Below, one piece after another: positions 30,822 through 38,895 of a stretch of 38,895 nucleotides of DNA. Origin of the DNA: a virus; the UHGV virus genome UHGV-2195811; one strand, given 5' to 3'. The position numbers were made by a program, and so were the translations under genes. The notes beneath the pieces were generated by a model. The model was not told the origin of the DNA. It was given only the letters and a program-made list of their open reading frames with translations, and did no database searches. Position 1 is the first letter of the stretch; each line of letters starts with the position of its first letter.

Positions 30822-33767
30822 TTGAACAATGAAGACTTAGTCTTAAAAATGATACTGGATGAATCTGGCTTTTCACAAGGATTAAATTCAGCAGTAAAAA
30901 AGTTACAAGGCTTTGATGTTGAAGTTGATAGAACAGGACAAAAAGGCGGCCGATCTCTTGGGAGCATATGGACGTCGTTTGCTGGTAACTTTTTAGCCAG
31001 CGGAGCTACTAAAATCATCTCAAAAGGAATTGGGCTGATTACCAGTAATATTGACGGAGCTATCAATCGTGTAGATACGTTAAACAACGCAAATCGCGTA
31101 TTTGAAAATATGGGCTTTTCAGCTGGCGAAACATCCAAAACAATGGATAGCTTAAAGAAAAGTATCCAAGGGTTGCCTACACCTTTAGACAGTGCAATTA
31201 AAGGTGTTCAATTAATTGCTTCGTCTACAAACGACTTAGGGAAGTCAGAACAAATTTTTGCAGCTTTAAATAATGGAATTCTCGGTTTTGGTGGTTCTGC
31301 TGAAATGGTAGACAATGCTATTATCCAGCTGTCCCAATCGTTCTCAAATGGTAAAGTAGATGCGCAAACTTGGAATTCAATGATTAATAGTGGTTTAGGA
31401 CCAGCATTAAACGCTTTAGCAAAACAGATGGGATTAACAGCTGGTCAGATGAAAGAAGGTCTCTCCGATGGTTCAATTTCAGTTGAAGAATTCCAAGATG
31501 CTTTAATCAAATTAAATAAAGAAGGCGGTGGCGGTCTTAAATCATTAGAACAGATTGCTAAAGACTCTACTGCAGGTATTAAAACCGGATTGGCTAACAT
31601 GAAAACTGCGATTGTTCGTGGTGTGGCCAATGTTGTTACTAAAATTGACGAAGGCTTAAAAAGTGCGGGCTTTGGAAGTATTAGTGAAATCATCGCTGAT
31701 AAAGGGGCAAAGATGGAAGCAGCTTTATCTAAGTTTGCTGAAATGATTCCACCAATGATAAAAACAGTCAAAGAGTTATATGATACCTTGGAACCTTTTG
31801 CGCCTGTACTTGCAGGCCTTGCTGGAAGTATCGGTACCATGATGACAATCAACAAGGTAAATAGCTTAGTAGAAGATGCAGTAAAAGGATATAAAAATTG
31901 GCGTGCCGCTACTGAGGGAGTTACAACAGCTCAAAAAATTCTAAATACTGTGATGAAAGCAAATTGGATCGGCATCATTGTTTCTGCAATCGTTGGTTTG
32001 ATTGTTTACATTGGTTATCTGTGGAAAACTAATGAAAACTTTAGAGAAGCGGTTAAAAATATTTGGAAAAATATACAAGAATTTATTTCTAGTGCTGCAG
32101 AAACGGTTGTGAAAGCTTGGGATTCCACAATGGAATTTTTCAGTAACATGTGGGATGGCACAAAAGAGGCTTTTTCGAATGCTGGCACATGGATGAAAGA
32201 AGCACCTGGAAATGCAGCCGACTGGGTTAAAAATAAGTGGAACGGTACTAAGGAATTTTTCAGTGGACTTTGGAATTCAACAAAAGAAGGCTCAAAAAAT
32301 ACATGGGAAAATATTAAACAAAGTGCTGCTGACAGTGCTAAAAGTGTTGGAGAAAGTTTTAAAAATGGCTTTGATAATGTGAAAGATTGGTTTAAGGGTG
32401 TTGGAAAATCAATATCAGATGTTTTCACAACAGCATTTGATTTTGTCTGGAAATATATTGGTCCATATGTAACAGGAATCAAAAATGCGTTTAAAATGGT
32501 TGTTAACGCTATGAAAGCGAACATTGAAAATGTCAAAATGATCGCTGAAAATGTCGTCACCATTCTAAAAAATGTTCTATTAGCTCCAATTCTTTTCATT
32601 ACATCAATGATCACAGGTGGATGGGAAGAGGCAAAAGAAAACATGATTGCCGTTTGGGATAATATTGCTGAAGCTGCTCAGACTATTTGGTTCGGGATTA
32701 AAAATATCTTTTATAACACTGTTACAGCTATTTCCTATTCAGTCACTTCTATTTTTAATGGATTGATGTTGACAATTAAAAAGATTTGGATTGATGTGAA
32801 GTTATTTTTCACCTTACTCTGGATTGACATTAAATATGGAGCGATCAACGTTTGGATTGAAATTAAATATTCTATCATCGAAACGTGGATAAATATTAAA
32901 TTTGAAGCAATTAGAATATGGGAAAGTTTGAAAACTTGGTTCTTTGAAACAGTAGAAAACATTAAAAATGGTGTAATTGATGGTTGGAATAACTTAAAAC
33001 AAGGCACAGTTGATACATTTAACGCAACTGTTCAATGGTCAAAAGATACCTGGAATAATTTTAAACAGTGGATTGTTGATCTTGTGACAGGTATAAAAGA
33101 CGGCATCATTAACGGTTGGGAAAACTTAAAACAGGGAACAATTAATATTTTCAACAATTTGGTACAAGGTGCTAAAAATGCGTGGAATAATCTTAAAAGA
33201 AGCGTTAGTGATACAGTTGAAAATGTGAAGCAAACCTTTAATGATATGCGCCATATCGATTTATTTGAAATTGGTAAAAATATTATCCAAGGATTAGTTA
33301 ACGGTATTGGTTCAATGATTGGTGCTGTGAATAAAAAAATTAAAGAAGTTGCTGGTAATATTAAAGAAAAAATCAAAGGTGCTTTAGGCATTCATTCACC
33401 TTCAAGATGGATGCGGGATATGATTGGTAAAAATATTGTATTAGGTGTTGTAGCTGGTATTGACCAAGAAAAAGGAACGCTTGACAAATCAGTGAAAAAA
33501 ATGACCGATTTACCAACAGAGTTACCAAATTTTTCTACTACTGGCAGATATATCAACCAACAAGGAGCTCAAACAGAAAGCTTAGCTAAAAATAAAGGTA
33601 ATGCTACGACTAATATTGGCGGTGATACTTTCAATATCAATATACAAGCTATGGGAAAATTAAATGAAAAACAATTAATGGATATGGCTAAAGACCTCGT
33701 TAAGTATATTCAAATTGTTAAAAATAGAGATAGTGATGCAACGGGGGGTGCTTTTGGTGGAATTTAA
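30822..33767 (+). CDS. tail tape measure protein
   Basis: 981 aa. TM segment, periodic W/F-containing repeats (NxW..xK), coiled-coil. TTG start with SD GGAGGGGG. Confidence 0.9.
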   Translation: MNNEDLVLKMILDESGFSQGLNSAVKKLQGFDVEVDRTGQKGGRSLGSIWTSFAGNFLASGATKIISKGIGLITSNIDGAINRVDTLNNANRVFENMGFSAGETSKTMDSLKKSIQGLPTPLDSAIKGVQLIASSTNDLGKSEQIFAALNNGILGFGGSAEMVDNAIIQLSQSFSNGKVDAQTWNSMINSGLGPALNALAKQMGLTAGQMKEGLSDGSISVEEFQDALIKLNKEGGGGLKSLEQIAKDSTAGIKTGLANMKTAIVRGVANVVTKIDEGLKSAGFGSISEIIADKGAKMEAALSKFAEMIPPMIKTVKELYDTLEPFAPVLAGLAGSIGTMMTINKVNSLVEDAVKGYKNWRAATEGVTTAQKILNTVMKANWIGIIVSAIVGLIVYIGYLWKTNENFREAVKNIWKNIQEFISSAAETVVKAWDSTMEFFSNMWDGTKEAFSNAGTWMKEAPGNAADWVKNKWNGTKEFFSGLWNSTKEGSKNTWENIKQSAADSAKSVGESFKNGFDNVKDWFKGVGKSISDVFTTAFDFVWKYIGPYVTGIKNAFKMVVNAMKANIENVKMIAENVVTILKNVLLAPILFITSMITGGWEEAKENMIAVWDNIAEAAQTIWFGIKNIFYNTVTAISYSVTSIFNGLMLTIKKIWIDVKLFFTLLWIDIKYGAINVWIEIKYSIIETWINIKFEAIRIWESLKTWFFETVENIKNGVIDGWNNLKQGTVDTFNATVQWSKDTWNNFKQWIVDLVTGIKDGIINGWENLKQGTINIFNNLVQGAKNAWNNLKRSVSDTVENVKQTFNDMRHIDLFEIGKNIIQGLVNGIGSMIGAVNKKIKEVAGNIKEKIKGALGIHSPSRWMRDMIGKNIVLGVVAGIDQEKGTLDKSVKKMTDLPTELPNFSTTGRYINQQGAQTESLAKNKGNATTNIGGDTFNINIQAMGKLNEKQLMDMAKDLVKYIQIVKNRDSDATGGAFGGI

Positions 33768-34491
33768 AAGAGGACAGTTTTTTCTTAATGGAAAACATAG
33801 TTCTGAATTCAATGTATTTATGAGAGAAAGACCTGAACGACTTTCTGCAGGACGTGTGGTAGAGCTTAGGGAGCGAATGGGTAATGATTCAATAGCCGTT
33901 GATTTTGCATATTATAAAAATGTAGAACGTACCATTACATGCTATGCGAAAGCAAATACTTTACAAGAAGTTTCTTTTTTAGAAGATGAAATTTCTTTTT
34001 GGCTCGATATGGGAAACTATTCTGATTTTATTGTCTATTTTGATGAGCATTATATTTATCAGGCGATTGTAACGAGTCCACCAAAATTTACAGGAACAAG
34101 AAAAAGCGGGTTTTTAATTCCTTTTGAATTTACTGTAAGTATCCGACCTTTTAAGAAAAATCGTATTGGCCAATATTGGATAAGTAATCCTAATCAGTTA
34201 ATCAATACAGAAAAATATCCTTCAGAACCCATTATTCAGATTTTGGGGTCTGGGGATATTTCTTTTTTTATCAATAATCAATCATATTCATTAAAAGCAA
34301 TTAACGGTGACATCATTATAGATTCAGAAAAACAAGAAGCTTATAGAAAATCAGGCGGAGCATTTGAAATCTTGGATCATAAAACACTTTTTAAAGATTA
34401 TCCGATTTTAAAATGTGGAGAGAATAATTTTCGCTGGACTGGTAAAGTAACAGAGTTTAAGGTTCAGCCGAATTGGAGGCGAAAGGTTTGA
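33757..34491 (+). CDS. distal tail protein (Dit)
   Basis: Position after the tape measure. GTG at ~33757 with SD GGGGGGTG (track start 33715 lies inside the tape measure gene). Confidence 0.7.
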   Translation: MEFKRGQFFLNGKHSSEFNVFMRERPERLSAGRVVELRERMGNDSIAVDFAYYKNVERTITCYAKANTLQEVSFLEDEISFWLDMGNYSDFIVYFDEHYIYQAIVTSPPKFTGTRKSGFLIPFEFTVSIRPFKKNRIGQYWISNPNQLINTEKYPSEPIIQILGSGDISFFINNQSYSLKAINGDIIIDSEKQEAYRKSGGAFEILDHKTLFKDYPILKCGENNFRWTGKVTEFKVQPNWRRKV

Positions 34492-37280
34492 TTCCAGTTA
34501 TTTTTAAACCTGGAGAAAAAGATTTTTCAACAAATGGATTAGGACGTCTTGTTGATGCGACACGTTGCGAAATCACTGAAGAAGCAAACGGAAAATATGA
34601 ACTAGAAATGGACTATCCAGCGATTAGCAGATTTAGTGATTATTTCGAAAATGGCTATCAAATTAAAGCAAAGCCAAATGACTTAGAAGAATACCACATT
34701 TTTGAGATCAAACAAACGTTTAAAGATACTTTTACTAATAGCATTGTTATTTATGCCCAATCTCGTACTTATAAGCTAGGAAACAGACAAGTGAGGCTAG
34801 TAACAGTTGATAATCGTAATGGTGCAGAAGCAATGAAATTAATCGAACAGAACATGGACGAACCTTGTGATATCAAACTATATTCTGATATAAATACAGC
34901 TTCTAGCACTACATTTGAAGCTAGAAATGTATTGAATTGTATTGCAGGGGAACAAGGTTCTCTACTTCAATACTGGGGCGGAGAAATAAAACGAGAGCCT
35001 TTTAAATTATCTTTGCTAAGGCGTAGAGGACGAGATAACGTTGGAACTGTTCGTTATGGTAAAGATTTAAAAGGATTAACCATTAAATTTGATTGGCAAT
35101 CAATTGTTACTAAAGTTTTGCCATTTGCAGAGCTTCAAAGTGGAGCAGACGGAACTTCTCAACGGATTTATGGAAATGCAGTTAAAAGCGAATATATCAG
35201 TAAGTATCCTGATGTTTACGCTCAATACATTCAGTTTACTGAAGATCAAGGAGTAAAAGATATAGCTAGCTTAAATAAAGTGGCAAGTAAATACTTCACT
35301 ACATTATATCCAGGAAGTGATAAGCCTAAAGTTTCTATTGAATTAGAAATTGAGAAACTTACAGATTCAGAAGAAGCAAAAGAATTTGCTAAGATGCGTA
35401 ACTATAATTTATTCGATACATTCACTGTATACCACAAGCTTTATGATATTGACATTCAAACGAAAGTTACAGGAATTGTCTATGATGCTTTAGCAGAAAA
35501 AACAATAAAAATCACTGCGGGAGATATCCAAGTTGCTTTTTATAAACAGCAAAGCCAAGACTTTCAAGAAGCTATAAAAACATTGACAAAAAAAGAGTAT
35601 ATGAGTGATTTTGTAGATTATATTACTAATTTGATTAACGGTGTTGAAGGTGGAAGTATACTTCAATATCCTAAAAATCGACCTAATACCCATTATTACT
35701 TAGATACGGAATCCACGGATACTGCAAAAGATGTGATTGCAATTAATAACAAAGGAATTGGATTCTCAAGAACTGGTTGGAAAGGTCCATTTAAAAATGC
35801 GTGGGGAATTAATGGAGTATTGAATGCGGACTTTATAGGAGCTGGCAAAATAAAATCTAATATTTTTGAAACATCATTTAATAGCTGTGGAGATATTTTA
35901 CGTATGGTAAACGGTACTTTACAAGCTTGGAATAATAAGAAAAAAATCATGGAATTAACTAAAAAAGGGATGGAGTTTTGGAATGGTAATAGTCACGTTG
36001 GCACGATGGGAACAAAGGGAAATCCTTTTCCAGGGTTAGCAGATAAAAATGGAAATCCTGTAGTTTCTGATGGGAATTCATTACTATTAGTCGCAGATAA
36101 TCCCCAAAAAATTATTGGTTTGTCTAACCAATCAGGCACAGGACATTTAATTACTGGTCCTACACAGTTTTTTGTTGGAAATAATTTTAACTTTTTTGGT
36201 CCAAATGGAAGTAAAGCAATTCTGACAGTTGATCGATTGATTGTGGGCGGCAAAGAAGTTATACCTGGTCAAAATGGTGGTGGCGGTTCTGGAGCTGGAA
36301 CAGGTGGTTATCCATCAGAAGTTACAAGCGATGCAGATAAATTTGCTTGGGACTTATGGAGTTACCTATTAGCTAATGGATACAGCAAAGCAGCTGCTGC
36401 AGGTATCCTTGGAAATGTACAAGGAGAAGTTGGTCCAAGTATGAACCCAGATACCGAACAAATAGGCGGTCCAGCTTACGGATGGGTTCAATGGGACGGT
36501 TCAGCATATCCATTGGTAGGCGCACCAACTTGGAATGGCCGAGAATATGTACAACGCTTAATCGCAGCTGCAGGTATCAAACAAGACTATAGGACGTCAT
36601 TAGCCCAAGCTCAATTAATTAATTGGTGTATGTTCAATGGGCAATGGTTAGGACAAGTAAGTCCATTAACAGTTGATGAATTTAAAGTTGTCAGCTCGCC
36701 TAAAACAGCTGCTTATGCGTTTGAATTAAACTTTGAACGTCCAGCTGCAGCACATCCAGAAAGACAAACCTATGCACAAGTATGGTATGACAAATTCAAA
36801 GATTTGAAAGCTTCTACTGCAACAGGAAAAGCTGGCATAGAACATTTGGAGACCTTAATGGGCAAATGGCTTGGTAATGGGCAATGTTATGCCGTTCCAG
36901 CCGAATATTCTGGTTTTATGGGCGGCTGTGGTTTAGGCGCAGGAACAATTTATGGCTTTTCACATGTAATTGGTGATACATCATCTGCTGCAGATATTGG
37001 TGAAGCATATGATTGGAATGCGGTAGGTTGGCGAGTAATCCAAAATCCAACGTATCAAGATTTAGTAGTAGGAGCAATCGTCAATATTAGACGAGGTGGC
37101 CAATGGGGAACAGGTTGGACAGTAGACCCAACATATGGTCACACGGGCGTGATTTACGGCTTAAATAACGGACGTATCCAAACCATAGAACAGAACGCCG
37201 AGCAAGGGCAAATTGTCGCAAAATATGACCGATTATATTTTGCTAATTCGATTCAATCGATTGTTATTCCACCAAAATAA
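34473..37280 (+). CDS. tail-associated lysin (Tal): N-terminal tail endopeptidase region + lysozyme-like domain + C-terminal CHAP-like domain
   Basis: 935 aa. Gly-rich linker GGGGSGAGTGG. ANGYSKAAAAGILGNVQGEVGPSMNP...YGWVQW (phage tail lysozyme-like). GNGQCYAVPAEY...HTGVIYG (CHAP Cys/His). Confidence 0.85.
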   Translation: MEAKGLIPVIFKPGEKDFSTNGLGRLVDATRCEITEEANGKYELEMDYPAISRFSDYFENGYQIKAKPNDLEEYHIFEIKQTFKDTFTNSIVIYAQSRTYKLGNRQVRLVTVDNRNGAEAMKLIEQNMDEPCDIKLYSDINTASSTTFEARNVLNCIAGEQGSLLQYWGGEIKREPFKLSLLRRRGRDNVGTVRYGKDLKGLTIKFDWQSIVTKVLPFAELQSGADGTSQRIYGNAVKSEYISKYPDVYAQYIQFTEDQGVKDIASLNKVASKYFTTLYPGSDKPKVSIELEIEKLTDSEEAKEFAKMRNYNLFDTFTVYHKLYDIDIQTKVTGIVYDALAEKTIKITAGDIQVAFYKQQSQDFQEAIKTLTKKEYMSDFVDYITNLINGVEGGSILQYPKNRPNTHYYLDTESTDTAKDVIAINNKGIGFSRTGWKGPFKNAWGINGVLNADFIGAGKIKSNIFETSFNSCGDILRMVNGTLQAWNNKKKIMELTKKGMEFWNGNSHVGTMGTKGNPFPGLADKNGNPVVSDGNSLLLVADNPQKIIGLSNQSGTGHLITGPTQFFVGNNFNFFGPNGSKAILTVDRLIVGGKEVIPGQNGGGGSGAGTGGYPSEVTSDADKFAWDLWSYLLANGYSKAAAAGILGNVQGEVGPSMNPDTEQIGGPAYGWVQWDGSAYPLVGAPTWNGREYVQRLIAAAGIKQDYRTSLAQAQLINWCMFNGQWLGQVSPLTVDEFKVVSSPKTAAYAFELNFERPAAAHPERQTYAQVWYDKFKDLKASTATGKAGIEHLETLMGKWLGNGQCYAVPAEYSGFMGGCGLGAGTIYGFSHVIGDTSSAADIGEAYDWNAVGWRVIQNPTYQDLVVGAIVNIRRGGQWGTGWTVDPTYGHTGVIYGLNNGRIQTIEQNAEQGQIVAKYDRLYFANSIQSIVIPPK

Positions 37281-37298
37281 CGAAAGGAGGATTTTTCA

Positions 37299-38180
37299 AT
37301 GGTTAAATGGCAAGCAACGTTAAGTACAACCGAACCTTACAACTATGTCGGTATTATTAATGTGCGTCAAGGGAATAAGAACACAGAAGTCTTAGAAGTA
37401 ACTATTACAGAAAATTCTTTGCTGTTAGATTTAACAGACGGTAAAGTTTTTTTTGAATCGCATATTGATAATAAATTTCCGATTCAACGACCAACAAAAA
37501 TCATAGATGCTAAAAAAGGGATTATTCAGTATACGTTTGACGAATATTCTATGCAGTCGTTACACAGACAAGAAGCTTATTTTAGTATTTATAAAGGCGA
37601 CGATTTAATCGGCACAACGCAGAATTTTTCTTATTTTGTAATAAATGCTGCTTCTAAAACAGAGGGCGAAATGGGTTCTTATTGGCAGTCCATTGAAGAT
37701 TTAATCGCGGACATGAACGCTTTTATCAACGAAAATAAGGGTGATTTTACTGATTGGATGAATGCTAGAAAAGAAGAGTTCGAAGCGTGGCGAGATGCGC
37801 AAAAAACAGATTTCACTTCATGGTTCGAATCAATCAAAGATATTTTAAAAACGATTGATCCTGGCGGTACGATGTTAGCCGAGCTAATGGATGCACGTGT
37901 AGACATTCAAGGAGTGCGCCACAATTCAATTTCTGACCGCTTATTGGCAGATATGGAATATTTGTATCAGAAATTAGAAAAACGTTTGTATGCGTTAGAA
38001 TATGGCGAAATAAGTGACTTGATTATTTTACAAGATGATGCTTTCTCGCTGAATCATGAAACAGAAATTGTTGGAACAGTTGATTATCCTGCGATTGATG
38101 GGGCATTGGTTATCGCAACAGTTGATGATACAAAACAGAACGCTTATGTGTTTGAAAAAGTGGGTGAAATAAGTGGTTAA
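37299..38180 (+). CDS. BppU-like baseplate/upper-fibre protein
   Basis: 293 aa. Central DW/EW coiled-coil. C-terminus ...YVFEKVGEISG shares the FEKVGE tail with the neighbouring fibre genes. Confidence 0.55.
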   Translation: MVKWQATLSTTEPYNYVGIINVRQGNKNTEVLEVTITENSLLLDLTDGKVFFESHIDNKFPIQRPTKIIDAKKGIIQYTFDEYSMQSLHRQEAYFSIYKGDDLIGTTQNFSYFVINAASKTEGEMGSYWQSIEDLIADMNAFINENKGDFTDWMNARKEEFEAWRDAQKTDFTSWFESIKDILKTIDPGGTMLAELMDARVDIQGVRHNSISDRLLADMEYLYQKLEKRLYALEYGEISDLIILQDDAFSLNHETEIVGTVDYPAIDGALVIATVDDTKQNAYVFEKVGEISG

Positions 38181-38769
38181 AGCAAAACGAATGATGGAAA
38201 CCGATGAAAATGGCGTGGAACGTCAGTTTTATCCTATTACACATGCATCCGCTGTTCGAGGATTAGAAAAAATTATTGCGGGTCAATCAAAAGTATTATC
38301 TGTTAATGGATATACTGGGGCAGTAATTATCACTAAAGCAGATCTAGGCTTAGAAAATGCACTGACAGAACTTCCTTATGCGACAGAAGAAACAGACGGT
38401 ATTATCACTGCTGAAATGTTTCAACGGTTGTCAAATGGCGAGGGAGGCGTGTACATTCTTCCAATCGCTACCGCAGATGAACTGGGCGGAATAAAGGTTG
38501 GCCAACTGTTAGAAATTACAGAAGACGGAACGTTGTCTGCGGTAAAGCAAACAGATCAAAATTTTACCACTGAACTAAAAGCAAAACTGGAAGAGTTGAA
38601 AGGTTATACCGCTGGAGCGAATATCTCTATTTCAGAAGATGGGGTTATTTCAGCAACTGGTGGTGGCGATGGCGGCGGAGTGAATCAACAATATGTTGAC
38701 CAAAAAGTTCAAGAAGCCATTGACAGAATACCTGATATTACGTTTGAGAAAGTAGGCGAAGTACAATGA
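38173..38769 (+). CDS. tail fibre protein
   Basis: 198 aa. N-terminal motif FYPITHASAVRG, Gly-rich GGGDGGG, C-terminal ...ITFEKVGEVQ. ATGA coupling at both ends. Confidence 0.55.
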   Translation: MVKAKRMMETDENGVERQFYPITHASAVRGLEKIIAGQSKVLSVNGYTGAVIITKADLGLENALTELPYATEETDGIITAEMFQRLSNGEGGVYILPIATADELGGIKVGQLLEITEDGTLSAVKQTDQNFTTELKAKLEELKGYTAGANISISEDGVISATGGGDGGGVNQQYVDQKVQEAIDRIPDITFEKVGEVQ

Positions 38770-38895
38770 CAGATATTGTTAAATTAAAACAAGGAGGAAT
38801 ACCGGTATTTCCTCAAACACATTGGAATGCTGTGGAAGGGAAACCAGAAGTATTAAAAGGTGAAAAGGGAGACCCAGGTCCACAAGGTCCAAAAG
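38766..38895 (+). CDS. collagen-like tail fibre protein (3' partial)
   Basis: MTDIVKLKQGGIPVFPQTHWNAVEG then GEKGDPGPQGPK triplets running off the window. Paralogue of the gene pair at 1..700. Confidence 0.55.
   Translation, partial: MTDIVKLKQGGIPVFPQTHWNAVEGKPEVLKGEKGDPGPQGPK

Noticed and set aside
31445-33391. Minus-strand ORFs of 90-209 aa inside the tape-measure gene (31445..31855, 32015..32644, 32735..33007, 33032..33391; also 30794..31138)
   Set aside because: They lie antisense within a confidently called 981-aa gene, have hydrophobic low-complexity translations and no SD. They are typical shadow ORFs of repeat-rich tape measure genes.
414-37906. Other antisense or in-gene track ORFs (414..695, 1986..2189, 8130..8318, 8137..8322, 9878..10078, 11295..11492, 12711..12911, 13202..13546, 18208..18393, 20439..20690, 21049..21231, 21480..21674, 22054..22239, 26071..26331, 28750..28956, 35490..36253, 37679..37906)
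   Set aside because: Each is fully embedded in or antisense to a better-supported gene, lacks a ribosome-binding site and has implausible composition.

Overview
Nearly the whole 38.9-kb window is temperate siphovirus (prophage) DNA from a low-GC Gram-positive host. Features such as an ArpU-family late regulator, XkdX, an amidase_2 endolysin with a long Asn/Ser linker, and a tRNA with B. subtilis-like sequence suggest Enterococcus/Listeria-type phages. The host call is inference only.

The window appears to span the junction of two related prophages, either adjacent or a tandem lysogen:
- Bases 1-2504 are the right end of prophage A: tail-fibre C-terminus, a fibre-like protein, a coiled-coil protein, XkdX, holin and amidase endolysin.
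- A ~1.4-kb AT-rich spacer follows (2505-3914). It holds two stacked terminator + TTGAAA-N17-TAAAAT promoter units, a tRNA(CAU) gene with a leader hairpin, a convergent pair of small genes sharing a bidirectional terminator, and four copies of an arm-type repeat (TGACCATACTT).
- Bases 3915-38895 are an almost complete prophage B in canonical order. In sequence: integrase(-), lipoprotein(-), ImmA-like protease(-), cI-like repressor(-), Cro-like, Rha antirepressor, small early/accessory genes, ERF recombinase, Cys/His protein, DnaD-like replisome organiser with internal iterons, MazG, RusA. Then ~900 bp non-coding with hairpins sharing a conserved loop, ArpU late activator and an inserted ~1.9-kb cassette. 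Then ParB-N6/N4 methylase, TerS, TerL, portal, MuF head-morphogenesis protein with a long C-terminal extension, two small genes, scaffold, major capsid, connector/neck proteins, major tail (Big_2), chaperone with a -1 frameshift, tape measure, Dit, Tal (lysozyme-like + CHAP), BppU-like and fibre genes running off the window.

Observations ranked highest in the hunt:
1. A two-gene convergent cassette (membrane protein + soluble protein) at 15.8-17.7 kb, bounded by direct repeats that look like a tRNA 3' end.
2. Four hairpins with covarying stems but an invariant TTTCCG/CGGAAA loop, upstream of the ArpU gene.
3. A MuF fusion with a ~230-aa C-terminal domain followed by small candidate immunity genes.
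4. A divergently oriented gene with a nucleoside 2-deoxyribosyltransferase-like fold in the early region.
5. GGGGCG direct repeats in front of the scaffold gene.

All coordinates outside the ORF track were counted by hand and may be off by 1-2 nt.
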